DNA from: Octopus vulgaris
Lineage: Eukaryota
Reading direction: 5' to 3'
Assembly: GCA_951406725.2 (NCBI GenBank)
Contig: OX597825.1
Coordinates: forward strand, 52,886,001-52,950,000
Length of the DNA stretch: 64,000 bases
Shown here: piece by piece, positions 30,860 through 43,420 of the stretch
Layout of the letters: every line of letters starts with the position of its first letter
Numbering within the stretch: the stretch's first letter is position 1
The notes under the pieces: model-generated
What the model was told of the DNA's origin: nothing
What the model saw: only the letters and a program-made list of their open reading frames with translations
The model's database searches: none
Translations under genes and position numbers: made by a program

Positions 30860-31208
30860 TAAATTTTATTTTATTTTTTTTTCGATTCGATTTATTATTA
30901 TTACTAGTATTGTTGTTATACATACATACATACATACAAGCATATGTAATGATAATAATAAGTGGATGTAAACACATGAACAAAATAAGAATAAACAAAA
31001 ACAACAACAACAAAAACAAAATACAAATTACATGAACGTATATAAACAGAAGATATACAAATATTACAGGCATCCCCCCACATATACACACTAAATAAAC
31101 ATAGACGTACATAGAGATATAAGCATGCGCAAATGAAGACATACAATAGAAATACAAAATGGCTGGCGGTTGGTAAGGAGAGACACAAATAAGAAAGAAG
31201 AAAACAAA

Positions 31209-31253
31209 GGACCACTGATGCGGTCACAGGAGTGTGACGAAAGAACTCTGGCC
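31209..31253 (+). ncRNA. Degenerate minimal hammerhead-like motif in PLE tail
   Basis: GACCA-CUGAUG(C)G-GUCACA ggag UGUGAC-GAAA-GAAC-UC-UGGCC. A9 is mutated and stem I has one mismatch. Confidence 0.5.
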
Positions 31254-31365
31254 GAAATAAGATTAAGATTAATGTTAAAAATAAATAACACCAAATATAT
31301 AGTGCGTGTGTTTTTATTGGCTAAACTGACAAAATGACCATTCTGAAATATAACAATATATATAT

Positions 31366-31441
<76 letters not shown>

Positions 31442-31609
31442 CTGTGTGTGTGTGTGCGTGTACGTCAGTAAATCATAAATCCGCAAAAGAAGCACACTCT
31501 AAGGCCTCTTGCCAGAGAAGCCATTAGCCAACGGGTTTAGGGTCTGAAGAAACGCTATAAAGCTAAGCACTTTAAGGGCGCGGAACACCGGATAACTCCA
31601 TAAACCGGC

Positions 31610-31653
<44 letters not shown>

Positions 31654-31918
31654 GTATGCTCTATTCGTTATTGCAGGCCGGCAAAGTCTTCGGGCTCAAG
31701 ACACATTGGAAAACTCATAATGATACTTTCATCTGAGAGGTGTAACTCTCAGGCAGAATATATGGATTTATTTAACACTCTTTGTGATAAACTCTGTAAG
31801 TCTCTCGCCGGCTTCTTGTGATACTGTCGATGTCACGTTGGTAAAAACGATCAGTTATTAGTCATCTTATCAGCGGTGGTCATTCTCTACTAATGAGTAG
31901 ACATCCGTGCATACATTC

Positions 31919-31951
<33 letters not shown>

Positions 31952-32040
31952 TGTATGTATGTATGTATGTATGTATGTATATTACGGAGATGTACTTGCA
32001 TAGCAAGTAACAATCTGAGATTGTGTGCTGAAACAAAAGC

Positions 32041-32325
32041 AATCGCAGCGCGGAAGGTGTTCATAAGAAATTTAAAAAAAGCACGCAAAAACCGTTAGAT
32101 TTACTTCAACATTTAAATTTAATTTGTGTCAAAATATTTATATGAAACCGCGACTTATTCACTGACAAAATGAGATTCAACACGTAATTTTGTTAGTGAA
32201 CAGTTCGCGGTTTCAAAGCGACGAAAATATTTTGACAAAAATAAAATTTAAATGTTGAAGTGAATCTAACGATTTGTGTGTTTTTGTGGTTTTAATGGCT
32301 TATAAACCCCCTCCACGCTGCAATT
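32041..32325. repeat. ~285-bp foldback element (two inverted ~135-bp arms)
   Basis: The 32041-32170 arm is the imperfect reverse complement of 32187-32325 (e.g. cttcaacatttaaattt / aaatttaaatgttgaag). Confidence 0.85.
32188..32240 (+). ncRNA. Candidate type-I hammerhead ribozyme, G3-C8 core variant
   Basis: Stem I UUUUGUUA/UGACAAAA, core GUGAACA, stem II (GU)UCGC..GCGAC, GAAA, minimal self-complementary stem III AAUAUU, U at position 17. Confidence 0.55.
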
Positions 32326-32648
32326 ACATATATATATATATATATATGGTTATCAGTAATAATAAAAGGGTGAAATTAATTAATTAGGGATAATTATCAA
32401 TTACACCAAGTAGATTTCGGTATGTAAAAGCCCCATTCGGGGAAAATTAAGTAATACTAAGTAATTAAGGGTTTAGCAACGAATTGCCTCACCAACACAC
32501 CGAATTTAGAAATAGCAGTCAAAGAGATATAGCTATTCCTTCTACTAAATGGGGGATCTCAGTAAAAACACAGCACTTAAAAGGCAAACACAGACAGGTA
32601 AGAAAGAAAGAATGAAATGACGGCAATCCATCATGCAATTTTAAGTTA

Positions 32649-32741
32649 CCTACGGACGTACGTTTCGAGATCAAGTTTTAGGATAGCATAAGAATTAGAA
32701 AATTCTACTTTACCCAGACTTCTTCTCTCATCGGCGCAGGA
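32649..32741 (-). ncRNA. Type-I hammerhead motif (minus-strand copy)
   Basis: Reverse complement of the 33153-33246 motif. Confidence 0.65.
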
Positions 32742-33152
32742 TACTACAATTGTGAATAATTGTATATTAAATTTTGAGATACTAGAATGCGTCATCTCAA
32801 CTCAGTGTCAGAGCGAGCCAAAGCATGACCAGTACCACGAAATTCAAAGTTTGAATGAAAGTTTGTGTCACCAGCCCCCTTCCACCCGCGTGTAGCCAAG
32901 ACAAAATGCTGTGGTCATTTACTGGGATAAAATATGGTTATCAGTAATAATAAAAGGGTGAAATTAATTAATTAGGGATAATTATCAATTACACCAAGTA
33001 GATTTCGGTATGAAGGGGGCTGGTGACACAAACTTTCATTCAAACTTTGAATTTCGTGGTACTGGTCATGCTTTGGCTCGCTCTGACACTGAGTTGAGAT
33101 GACGCATTCTAGTATCTCAAAATTTAATATACAATTATTCACAATTGTAGTA

Positions 33153-33246
33153 TCCTGCGCCGATGAGAGAAGAAGTCTGGGTAAAGTAGAATTTTCTAAT
33201 TCTTATGCTATCCTAAAACTTGATCTCGAAACGTACGTCCGTAGGA
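33153..33246 (+). ncRNA. Type-I hammerhead motif (U4C variant, long loop II)
   Basis: Stem I UCCUGCG/CGUAGGA, core CCGAUGA, stem II GAGA/UCUC enclosing ~53 nt, GAAA, palindromic stem III ACGUACGU, GUC cleavage triplet at 33237-33239. Confidence 0.68.
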
Positions 33247-33421
33247 ACAAAATTGCATGATGATTGCCGTCATTTCATTCTTTCTTTCTTACCTGTCTGT
33301 GTTTGCCTTTTAAGTGCTGTGTTTTTACTGAGATCCCCTTTTAGTAGAAGGAATATATATCTCTTTGACTGCTATTTCTAAATTCGGTGTGTTGGTATGT
33401 TGCTAAACCCTTAATTACTTA

Positions 33422-33478
<57 letters not shown>

Positions 33479-33526
33479 CATCACTAATGTGACAGAGGGT
33501 ACAACAAAGTGGTACCACCCATATTA

Positions 33527-33575
<49 letters not shown>

Positions 33576-33578
<3 letters not shown>

Positions 33579-33882
33579 ACCGCTAACACTCCGTCGGTTA
33601 CGACGACGTGAGTTCCAGGTGATCTGATCAATGAAACTGCCTGCTCTTGAAATTAAGGTGTAAGTGGCTGGGCATTCCACAGAACGCATAGCCTTGTCGT
33701 AGATCTCAAGGAGACAAAACGTTACAAGGCTTACACATTGAAATACAAACACTAGTCATTTTTGTCAGCTGAGTTAATTGGAGCAGCGTGAAATAAAGTA
33801 TCTTGCCGATGGGCAAAATGCGCCCCTAGGAATCGAATTGACAATCTCACGATGGTGAAATGAATACCACCAAGCCACACAT
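33576..33882 (-). mobile_element. Diverged tRNA-derived SINE, family C
   Basis: The minus strand starts 'gtgtggcttggtggt..ttcgattcc..ggcaagatactttatttcacg..actcagctg'. Confidence 0.6.
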
Positions 33883-34852
33883 AATATGTCGTCAAATCCT
33901 CTTGAACGCTACTGGTAACATGTAACTCAATACAACTTGTTCCATGGTTTGGCACCTAAACTGGCAACCCCACCGAGACTGCTTGGTGTGGAGAGTGGTT
34001 GTTGGACAACCTGCAGAACGAAAAATAAAATCCTTCAAAGGGCGGGAAACTCATGAGTGCTCTAAGGCCATGCTTGTGCACATATGTATTTATTGTTTAT
34101 ATACTTTTATTTAATTTATATATATATATTCATATTTTATATTTTTGCACACATACACGCACACACACACACAAACATATATGCATACGTGTGTGTTTTT
34201 ATTTTTATAATTTTATATTTATTATTTTTCATAATCCGTTTTATATATTTATATATTTTATACTCATTATATATGTATATGTGTGTTTATGTGTTGAGCC
34301 ACCAACCCATTGGCTGATCAAGCCATACTATCACTACTTGATCTGCAATCTAGTCTACATCTGACAAGTGAAACACTGAGAACTAGTACAACTTATGCTT
34401 TCTAGGTAGAGAGCGTAGGTTTTGTCCAACACAAGCAAATTCCATTTTAAATGAAATCATATTGCATGTCATTGAATGATGACATGAGGACAAATCAAAG
34501 CCTTCGGCAATGAACTAAAAGAGATGAGAACAGGTGAGGAAAGTCACTGGAGGTCTCTAGCTTGAGCATTGCACCTATTCTGGTAAGAAGAATGTGACCG
34601 TTCTCTGAAACGTGTGTGAGCAATTTCACAGTCTGTATCCTCTTCTTAACTACAAAGCAGCCTATTCAGAGTAGCACTGCTCTCCCTTGTGCGAGGAAAG
34701 AGACAACAAAAGGTTCCCCAAAAATTGCTTGCTCACACAATCCCGGGGAAACTGCATAACAACATTTCTTTACGTTCTGAGTAAAGAAACGCCGATGTCG
34801 GTTTTGTTTACCATACTTTCGGGGTCGATAGAATTAATACCAGTTTCGTACT

Positions 34853-34891
<39 letters not shown>

Positions 34892-35239
34892 TAGTTCCCA
34901 TCCCGAAGTTTCAAGCATTCTAAACTGATGAATCCGATGCAGATAATTTCTTGACTCAACAAACAAATTTCTTGCAGATACGAGTAGCACCAAGAAAAAT
35001 GTTGGTACAGTGCATACAAAATAGCGAACTTTGGTACAACCACCCGAGGGCACGGTAGTGGTGTTAAACTGGGAATTTTGTTTAGTCTACATCCCAAAGT
35101 GAACAGTTTCTCCCATACATTCGGTCATAAAACCCTTGATTTTTACTACAAATGGAAAAAACAACCTTTAATAAAAAGTGATTAGACTTCTTTACATATT
35201 TCGTTTAGTTTTATTTTATAAATATAAGTAAGATATTGA

Positions 35240-35510
35240 TAGCAAATTTTGGCACGAGGCCAACCATTTCGGGGAAAATGATATGTCAATTACATCGATC
35301 CTAGGGCTCAACTGATACTAATTTTATCGACTCCGAAAGGATGAAAGGCACTTTCGACCTCGGTGGAATACGAACTCAGAACGTAAAGATGGACGGAATG
35401 CTACGAAGCATTTTGCCGCTCATGCTAACGGTTCTACTAGATCGCCGCCTTAATTCAAATGCAAAATCAATCTCGGCGGGGTTCGAACTCAGAACGTAAA
35501 GATGGACAAT
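35240..35510 (-). mobile_element. SINE family B plus duplicated head fragment
   Basis: Family B core; 'cgaactcagaacgtaaagatggac' occurs twice (35371 and 35484). Confidence 0.8.
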
Positions 35511-35797
35511 ACCAGTATTGTGTTAAATGCATGTTAAATAGCCTGTACTATCTCATTACAAATTCCTAGGTCTTCATATTTCCGAAGAATCAATCAATAT
35601 TATTATTAAAGTGGCCACAGAGATATTTTTGTTGCTAAATATAGCAGAGAAACTAAGCAAAATAGGGCGGGCTTATCTCTGAATATTCAATATTTGACCA
35701 ACTATATCTTGTGATTAACCAATAAATATGTACACAAATAAATAAATGGATAAATGAATAATAGAATAAAATAAAAATATATATATATATACATACA

Positions 35798-35849
<52 letters not shown>

Positions 35850-36335
35850 TAAAAGGGGACTTGTTTATATTTATTGACATTTTTTTGTATATATTTTATG
35901 GAAGAAAATATCTAATAATGTTCTGTCAAAAGAGCTCCGGAATAAATATGAGCTGCCCCTGTGTTAAAGTGATGTTTCAGATATCATATATCTATATCAT
36001 ATATTCGGAGCGTTTATTCAGAGATATAGCGCTACTGTTACTTTTACGAATATAATTGGATTTCCAGAAAATGTAATTTAGGTAGTAGTCAGTTTGTCAA
36101 GAAATTCCAACAACTGTTACGACAAAACTGACCATTATAGCGCAGTTTGAAAGTAGAAAGGTTCAAGTGATTTAATAGCACCAAGATCAATGTATATGCC
36201 TTGAGTCTGCCTACTAAACAGGTTGACTACTAAAAATGGTAGTTGGTCACAGAAAATTAGAGAGGGGGAAAAACAAACTCAATCTATATAACTATTTCTC
36301 TCTCACTCATTCTCTCTCTTTCTTTCACTCTCTAC

Positions 36336-36540
<205 letters not shown>

Positions 36541-36948
36541 ATAAAACAAAAAGTAACAAAGTGATGGAAAAGCTACAACGAGGATGATATCTAAGAATCT
36601 GTTTGAAATGAAAACCAGGCAAATAAATGATCAATGATTTTTATCCATGCAAGCCATAGTAACTAAAGCTATAAAAACTCTATAAATAGAAAATGAATTA
36701 CTTTGTTGTTGTTGTCTATTTTGTTATTATTGTATTTATTGTTGTTTATTTCGTTGTTGTTTATTTTTCTGTATAATATATTTTTGCCGGATTATTTACG
36801 TGTGTTCTTTTCACTGAAATACAGCAATCATTTTTATCTCCTCCTATGTGCCGATTTTCATTTAGTTTCTGTTGCTAATATGTGCGTATCTCTCTGTAAA
36901 TGTGTGTATACGTCAGTGTGTCTGTGTGTATGAGTGTGTGCGTGCATA

Positions 36949-36981
<33 letters not shown>

Positions 36982-37086
36982 GTTAACCCCAGGGAATACT
37001 ACAAACAATAAAAGAAAAGTAGAGACAATGGCAACAATTTCATCCTAATTGAAGATCGAATTGCAGACCGTTTTTCTGCAGACACA

Positions 37087-37148
<62 letters not shown>

Positions 37149-37963
37149 TATATATATACATAAATATGTATATATACACATAAATATGTATACATATATA
37201 AACATAATTATACAAACATATATGCATAAATACATATAAACACACACTCATATATATATATTTATAATACATATACATACATATATATATATATGTTTTT
37301 ATTTATTTATACGCACTCATATATATATATATGCATACATATACACTTACACACACACACATATATAAATACTGATATATATAGATCTATTTTGATGTGA
37401 ATATACTTGTGTGTGTGTGCCCGTGTGTGCATATGTATCTATTTCTCTCTCTCTCTCTCTCTTTCTCAATCTCTCTTTTGTAGCCGCACACACTCGAAAT
37501 CCTCCTTCTGAACATATAGGCGTATATACATTTGTCTAACTAGATAGGAAAGGAATAATCAGATAATAAAGAAAATATCAGTGATAAAACTTTACTATTT
37601 TTAAGCATTTTCTCATGTTATTTAAGCTTTGATTATTTCTGCCTCCAGTATCTCCTTTCTACTTTGCTTGCCCTCCACGACCAGTTGTCGTTTGTGAGAA
37701 TTCCCATCAGCTCTCGTGGAAATTGAGACTTTAGAAATGGACTTGCCCACATAGAATAGGAGTCTGCATAGGAATATGAATTCTTTCGAAAGATATGATT
37801 GTGAGCACTGTAATTATATCTACATATTTTAACGTATGTATATGCCAATATGCATGTGTAATTTCGCACAACGAGAGGTTGTATAGGTGTGTGTGTGTGT
37901 GTATGTATATATACATACATACATACATACACACACACATACACAAACACACACATATGTATG

Positions 37964-38000
<37 letters not shown>

Positions 38001-38314
38001 ATGGGCGCGATGGGTAAATTGTCGCCATTTTATATTTTTTATGTTACGCATGCGCATTGCTTGCTTTTGATTTTGTCGACTACACAGTGTAGTAGGGTCA
38101 GTTGTGCACCGTTTGTGAGAAAAACAGCACCATGATGCAACTCACTCTGCTACAAATTTGGAAACGACATGCTGTACCGCTTGGCATTCGCGCCGAAAGC
38201 TCCAAAATAAATATTTCAGTGTTTGGATGTCAATCTGAAGACAGTGCAATCTGAGGACAAGTACCGAGATTGATAAAAATCAAACATTCAATCAATACCA
38301 TGGTGTTTAGAATC

Positions 38315-38670
38315 ATCATCTGTGGCAGATGTGGCGTATCCTACATAGGAAGCACCACAAGATAACTGAATGTACTCATTAAGGAACATATGCAGGCAGA
38401 CATTTCCGTGAAGAAACATCTACAGAAATGTCGGACGCGGGAGTTCACAGTGCACGTCAATGCAACACATCGGAACAGGGGCAACCTTAGAATTTCTGAG
38501 GCCATCCTCATACACCATAGTTACAAGAAGCTAGCTGGTTTCTATAGCAACACCTCTCCTCGCATGTGCGCTTCACATACGCTCACACACACGCACATCG
38601 GCAACAATCGTCAATTTCTTGAAAATGGGATCAGAAGCCCGAAATATTGAATACGAGGTACGTTTACATT
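38315..38670 (+). mobile_element. 3' end of a Penelope-like element (GIY-YIG fragment + tail)
   Basis: 'ICGRCGVSYIGSTTR*L..KEH..HLQKC..LRISEAILI', followed by a hammerhead-like motif. Confidence 0.65.
38616..38651 (+). ncRNA. Candidate minimal hammerhead, U3-A8 core variant
   Basis: UUC-UUGAAAA-U-GGG aucagaag CCC-GAAA-UA-UU-GAA. Stems are short (3 bp). Confidence 0.45.
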
Positions 38671-38792
38671 AATTCACATATTTATTTTCTTGTGATTTAC
38701 TTTGCATTTACTTCGCATTATTTTGGCCTTGCGATCCATTATACAATATATATACATATATACACAAACTCTCCATATATATATATATATAT

Positions 38793-39052
38793 ATGCGGCC
38801 ATGCTGGAGCACCCTTTTAGTCGAGCAAATTGCGATGGTGGGGGGGGGACAAGCACAGACACAAACGCACGCACACACACATAAATACATACAGGACAGG
38901 CTTCTTTCAGTTTCTGTCTACCAACTCCACTCACAAAGCTTTGGTCGGCCCGAGGCTATAGTAGAAGACACTTGCCCAAGTTGCCATGCAGTGGGACTGA
39001 ACCCGGTACCATGTGGTTGGTAGGCAAGGTACTTACCACACAGCCACTCCTG
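38793..39052 (-). mobile_element. SINE family A, internally deleted
   Basis: Reverse complement of the family A head and 3' end. Confidence 0.85.
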
Positions 39053-39171
39053 CATACAAATATACATATATATGTATGTGTGTTTATATGTATGTATGCA
39101 CATAAACACACAGACACACACATACATATACATGTACATACAGATATAATCTTTCTTTGTCTTTATTCTAT

Positions 39172-39210
<39 letters not shown>

Positions 39211-39329
39211 GTGTGTACACATTTGCATATATAGGCATATAGGGAGTTTTGCTGAAGCGGTGGTGTGAGAACGGTTGATTTGGCAGAAATATTGTACACA
39301 AAAAAAAGCAAATACCAATTTTTAATAAA

Positions 39330-40790
39330 ATGTCTTTTTATCAATCATCGATACACAACAGAAATCACTTAACATGGAAGTTAAAAGAAATATTGTTTTC
39401 TGCCTTTCTTAACACCAAAAACATTAGTTATTTGGTTAACAGTTTTGGCAATAGGCACTTTGGCATACTTTTCGCTCAATTTTTAGTTCGTCTCAGTTTT
39501 TGTTCCGATCGACTTATTGTATTCTTCAGGAATATTTTCATATGTCCAATGTCACTGAATGAGTGTACTGCAGAAGACGATGTGGCAGGAATGACTGTCT
39601 TGATACCAGTAATTACATAGAAGTTTGGTATACGGTTCTTATAGATAGTTTCAGTAATAGGTAACCATTACAGATAAGCTTATTAGATTCGTATGTTCCA
39701 TGAGCAATTTTTCTAAGACTGCATTCCCATCTGTGAGAGATCTAAATCAACACCATGTAATCCATATAACGAATCGACAGTGCACACGGAGGCAAATGAC
39801 GGGTCAGGATCGAGGACATTATAAAAGTGCACACACCATTGATGGGTTAAGCAATGATTCTCATCCTACAATGACCGTGTGCACACTGATATAATAATTA
39901 AACTTACGATAGCAGTCATTGGTAGACTGATCTAGTCGAGCTTCCATTGTTTATTCAATAGCAAGAGTTTACTATCGACGAGATATCATTTCAATTTCCG
40001 AACTTTTTGTTCCTTGATTATAAATCGAGGTGTGACTTGTTTGAAATTTCATCTGCTACCTCGAAGCCTTTTTAAACACATTAAAAGTTTTTTTCTTTTT
40101 GAAATGAATAAGCCTTTCCTTGGTTACTGTAGCAGTTTTTCAGCTGATATAATTTCTATAATCTTTTTTTTTTATTTTGACGTATTTTCTGCGGTTGTTT
40201 TTCTAATTGACAGTATCATTTTCAGAACGACTACTTTTTTCTTATTACCAAGCCCCAGTATGCATCACTCATATCCGCTATACCATAAAAAATATCATCC
40301 AACGTTATCTTCTCATGTTTTAGCCTCAGTCTTCTGAGTACATTTTTGACTAATTCATAGAAAACATACTCTTTAGTTGAATATGTACTGAGTCTGATGA
40401 TTCTCTCCCTCGGTGATATTTCTGATGTATAATCTGACTTGCTCAATGATAATGAAAATCCTGAACACTTTCCACATTAGTTTGCTATAGTTGTCTCAAA
40501 AACAACCTTTTATGATATCAATAATTTCATTTTGGACAATTGATGGGGTTTGTTGCATATTGTATCAATCTGACCTATTAGGTTTTCTCGTAAACAAAGA
40601 ATATCCTTGGCCCGAAAATATAGAAGTTCCAAAAAGTTACTACGGAATGGGAAACTTTGTCTAAATTAAAACACTCGTCTGCAGGATCACGTTTTGTTGT
40701 GTAGAGAAGTTTCCATACGAAGTTCAAGTACTCTCCGCCTCAAACGACTTCCTGTTTGTGTACAATATCTCGTAGATTTAACACCAACAT
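39330..40790 (-). mobile_element. Degenerate hAT (Tip100/ZMYM1-like) transposase relic
   Basis: Minus-strand 'SIVQNEIIDII..FSL..DYTSEIS..YELVKNVL..YGIADMS' and the C-terminal dimerisation-like 'IPATSSSAVHSFS'. Confidence 0.55.
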
Positions 40791-40875
40791 CTTTTGTTTT
40801 GTGTTGCTTTGAAAATCAAGAGTGTCTGTGACGTCCATTCCAAACTATACCGGTCTAGAAATGGAACGAAAACTA

Positions 40876-41277
40876 ATGAGAATGATGATGATGATGACGA
40901 TGACGATGATGACGACGACGACGACGATGAGGATGATGACGACGACGACGATAATGATGACGACGTCGAGGGTAATTACAATGGTGATGCTGTTCATGAT
41001 GATGAAAGTGATGATGAGGACGACGGTGGGAACAACGACGACGCGTATGATAATGGTAACGGTGGCAGCAACGATGACGACCACCACAAATATGTTGATG
41101 ATGATGATGATGGTGGTAATGAAAGGATGTGATGACGTCGATGCTGATGATGACGATGATGATGATGATGATGAGGACGAGGAAGATGACGACGACGAGG
41201 ACGATAATGATGACGACGAAGACGACAACGACGAGGACGATGATGATGACGATGATGACGATGACGATGACGACGAA
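40876..41277. repeat. Degenerate (GAT/GAC)n tract
   Basis: Visible directly in the sequence. Confidence 0.9.
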
Positions 41278-42365
41278 GTAATTACTCCGATGTATTTAGT
41301 TCGGTTCTTTCTAATTCCTGCCACATCCGCTTATGATCGGTAAAGCAACAATGGTGATACAATATTGTTTGACATCAATACGATAGAACAATATGTTAAA
41401 GCTATTGAAAAGAAGTGTATAATTGTAGTATTTATTAAATTAGAGCCAGAAAATTGAATCATGACTGCATTCATAAATAATTTTTGTAGTTTTTCAGTGA
41501 TTCAGGCCAATGAAAATAATTAGCGCAGTTGTTGGAAGTTTAGTGGAAAGGTGATGCTTCACAGTTTGTGAAGAGTTGAATGGTGAGAATATAGAATAGC
41601 GTCGAGTTAATGAGTGGCGACTGGTGTTAAAGGTGTTAGTGCGAATGTAGAGACGAAAGTAGCATTGTTGGTGCTGTTGGTATTGGTAGTGATGGAGGTT
41701 GTAATAAAGATGGTGGTAGTGTTAGTGTGTGTCATAACGTGCAAATAGAATAGAGCGATCTAATAAGGTTTCAAATATATGTTATGGAATAATTGTAAAA
41801 TGGCAGGGGACGCATGGGTGAGGTTGGAGCAATTAGAGGCAGAGAAGACAAAGAGACGTGAGGCGGAAAGGAAGGAGGAGAAGGAGGAGGAGAAGAAGCA
41901 AGGGAAGGCAGAAATATGGAAGCAGAAAAGAAAGAGTGGTAATATAGGCAAAGAAAAGAAGAGGAAATATGTCTAAAAATGTAAAGAATAATATGTAAAA
42001 TAACGTGAAGGGAATCAAATTACGATGGTGGTTCTATGAAAGAAGCAATAAATGAGGTGTGGGAGGCGGTTGAAGTTAATTATGGAACATAAAACCTGAA
42101 TTTTGGGTCAATTGTTGGCTGTAATAGGTTATTTTTATGGATTCCATGATTTGTCCGCCATCAATTCTCAGACATCATTACCTGCAAAATGTCTACGTTG
42201 CTGTGTCGCTTACAATTTCATAATTGGTGAGGTGCTAATTCCTCTTCCTCTACTTCATCCACCACCACCACCACCTCCTTCTTCTCCTTCTCCGCCTCCT
42301 CCTCCTCCTCCTCCTCCTCAGCATCATCTGTACCATCGCACACACACACACAGACATATGCACAC

Positions 42366-42692
<327 letters not shown>

Positions 42693-42749
42693 AAGAACAT
42701 CGTTGACAGTGACTGCGAAATTTCGTCCAGCCAAGCCATCATCGTGTTG

Positions 42750-43420
42750 CAGTGAATTAGAGTTAGTTTTACCTTTATCGAGTTAAGATCTCCCTTGGGT
42801 GTGTGAATTTGAGTGAAGTGGTATTTAAGTTCTTTGGGTTTGGTTGTTATGGAGAGGGGTCTTGGAGAAATTTTATTGATTAAATTTAAGATAAGGTTAG
42901 TTAGAATTTATCTGTGTATGCAAAACTTTGTAAACAAGCGTGTGGCTGTTTCTCTTTCGTTAGGTAGACACAGGGTATCGCGGCATTTTTGGTGCTATTG
43001 ACGTTATTCGATTTAAACCTTTTGCATCAAAAGTCGAAGGTACAAAGTGCAGTTTTTGAGCCTTTAGTAACAGGGTGCGTCAATGTAGGTAGATGCTAAG
43101 TTTTCACTGATCATTTCTTTACTTGGTTGTTATTGGTACTTAAAGTATTTCTTGTTTTCATTTTTAAGATGGGCGTTATTAGACAGGCATGCCATAGCTT
43201 TGTTAGCATAGAAAATTGTTTCTCTTTGATTTTCAGAAAAGCATTTGAGTAAGGGTTGTATGTCGATATGTGTCTCTCTAGGTGTGCATTGTTTTATAAG
43301 CGATTTGATTTGTATAAAGGGATTTTAATTTACGTGTTCTATGAAGTTTCTTTGATGACTTATTATAAGATTTCTTCCAATTCTGTCCTAGATATATACA
43401 AACGTGGCACTGACATAGAA
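42750..43420 (-). mobile_element. Possible L1/Tx1-like LINE 3' relic
   Basis: Weak 'C..TLC..ERETATRLFTKFC' zinc-knuckle-like motif only. Confidence 0.3.

Larger units (their letters stand above)
29300..31335 (+). mobile_element. 5'-truncated Penelope-like element (RT + GIY-YIG endonuclease + 3' tail)
   Basis: 'HTFKFNNKIYAQDEGAAIGVSIAGDVANLFM..YSRYVDDI..LPVLD' (RT 4-7), thumb (29718-30248), GIY-YIG 'TYVGETARSIGERVNEH..RQITEATHI' (30470-30700), and a hammerhead-like motif in the tail at 31209-31253. Confidence 0.85.
32344..33425. mobile_element. Non-coding retrozyme/Penelope pseudo-LTR-like element: 588-bp partial tandem plus inverted arm, flanked by (TA)n
   Basis: Identical 81-bp direct repeats at 32344-32424 and 32932-33012; inverted repeat 32454-32882 vs 33012-33425; a hammerhead motif in each arm. 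Confidence 0.75.

Noticed and set aside
34890-34960. CTGATGA motif as a hammerhead core (also at 319, 1781, 4823, 17954, 19669)
   Set aside because: No stem II plus GAAA plus stem I closure on either strand.
40794-41343. Acidic poly-D/E ORF resembling an aspartate-rich biomineralisation protein
   Set aside because: Degenerate (GAT/GAC)n tract like many others in the window. It is interrupted by a stop and has no signal peptide or splice evidence.
41779-41976. Charged coiled-coil-like 65-aa ORF as a host exon
   Set aside because: Purine-rich low-complexity sequence with no recognisable family or splice support.
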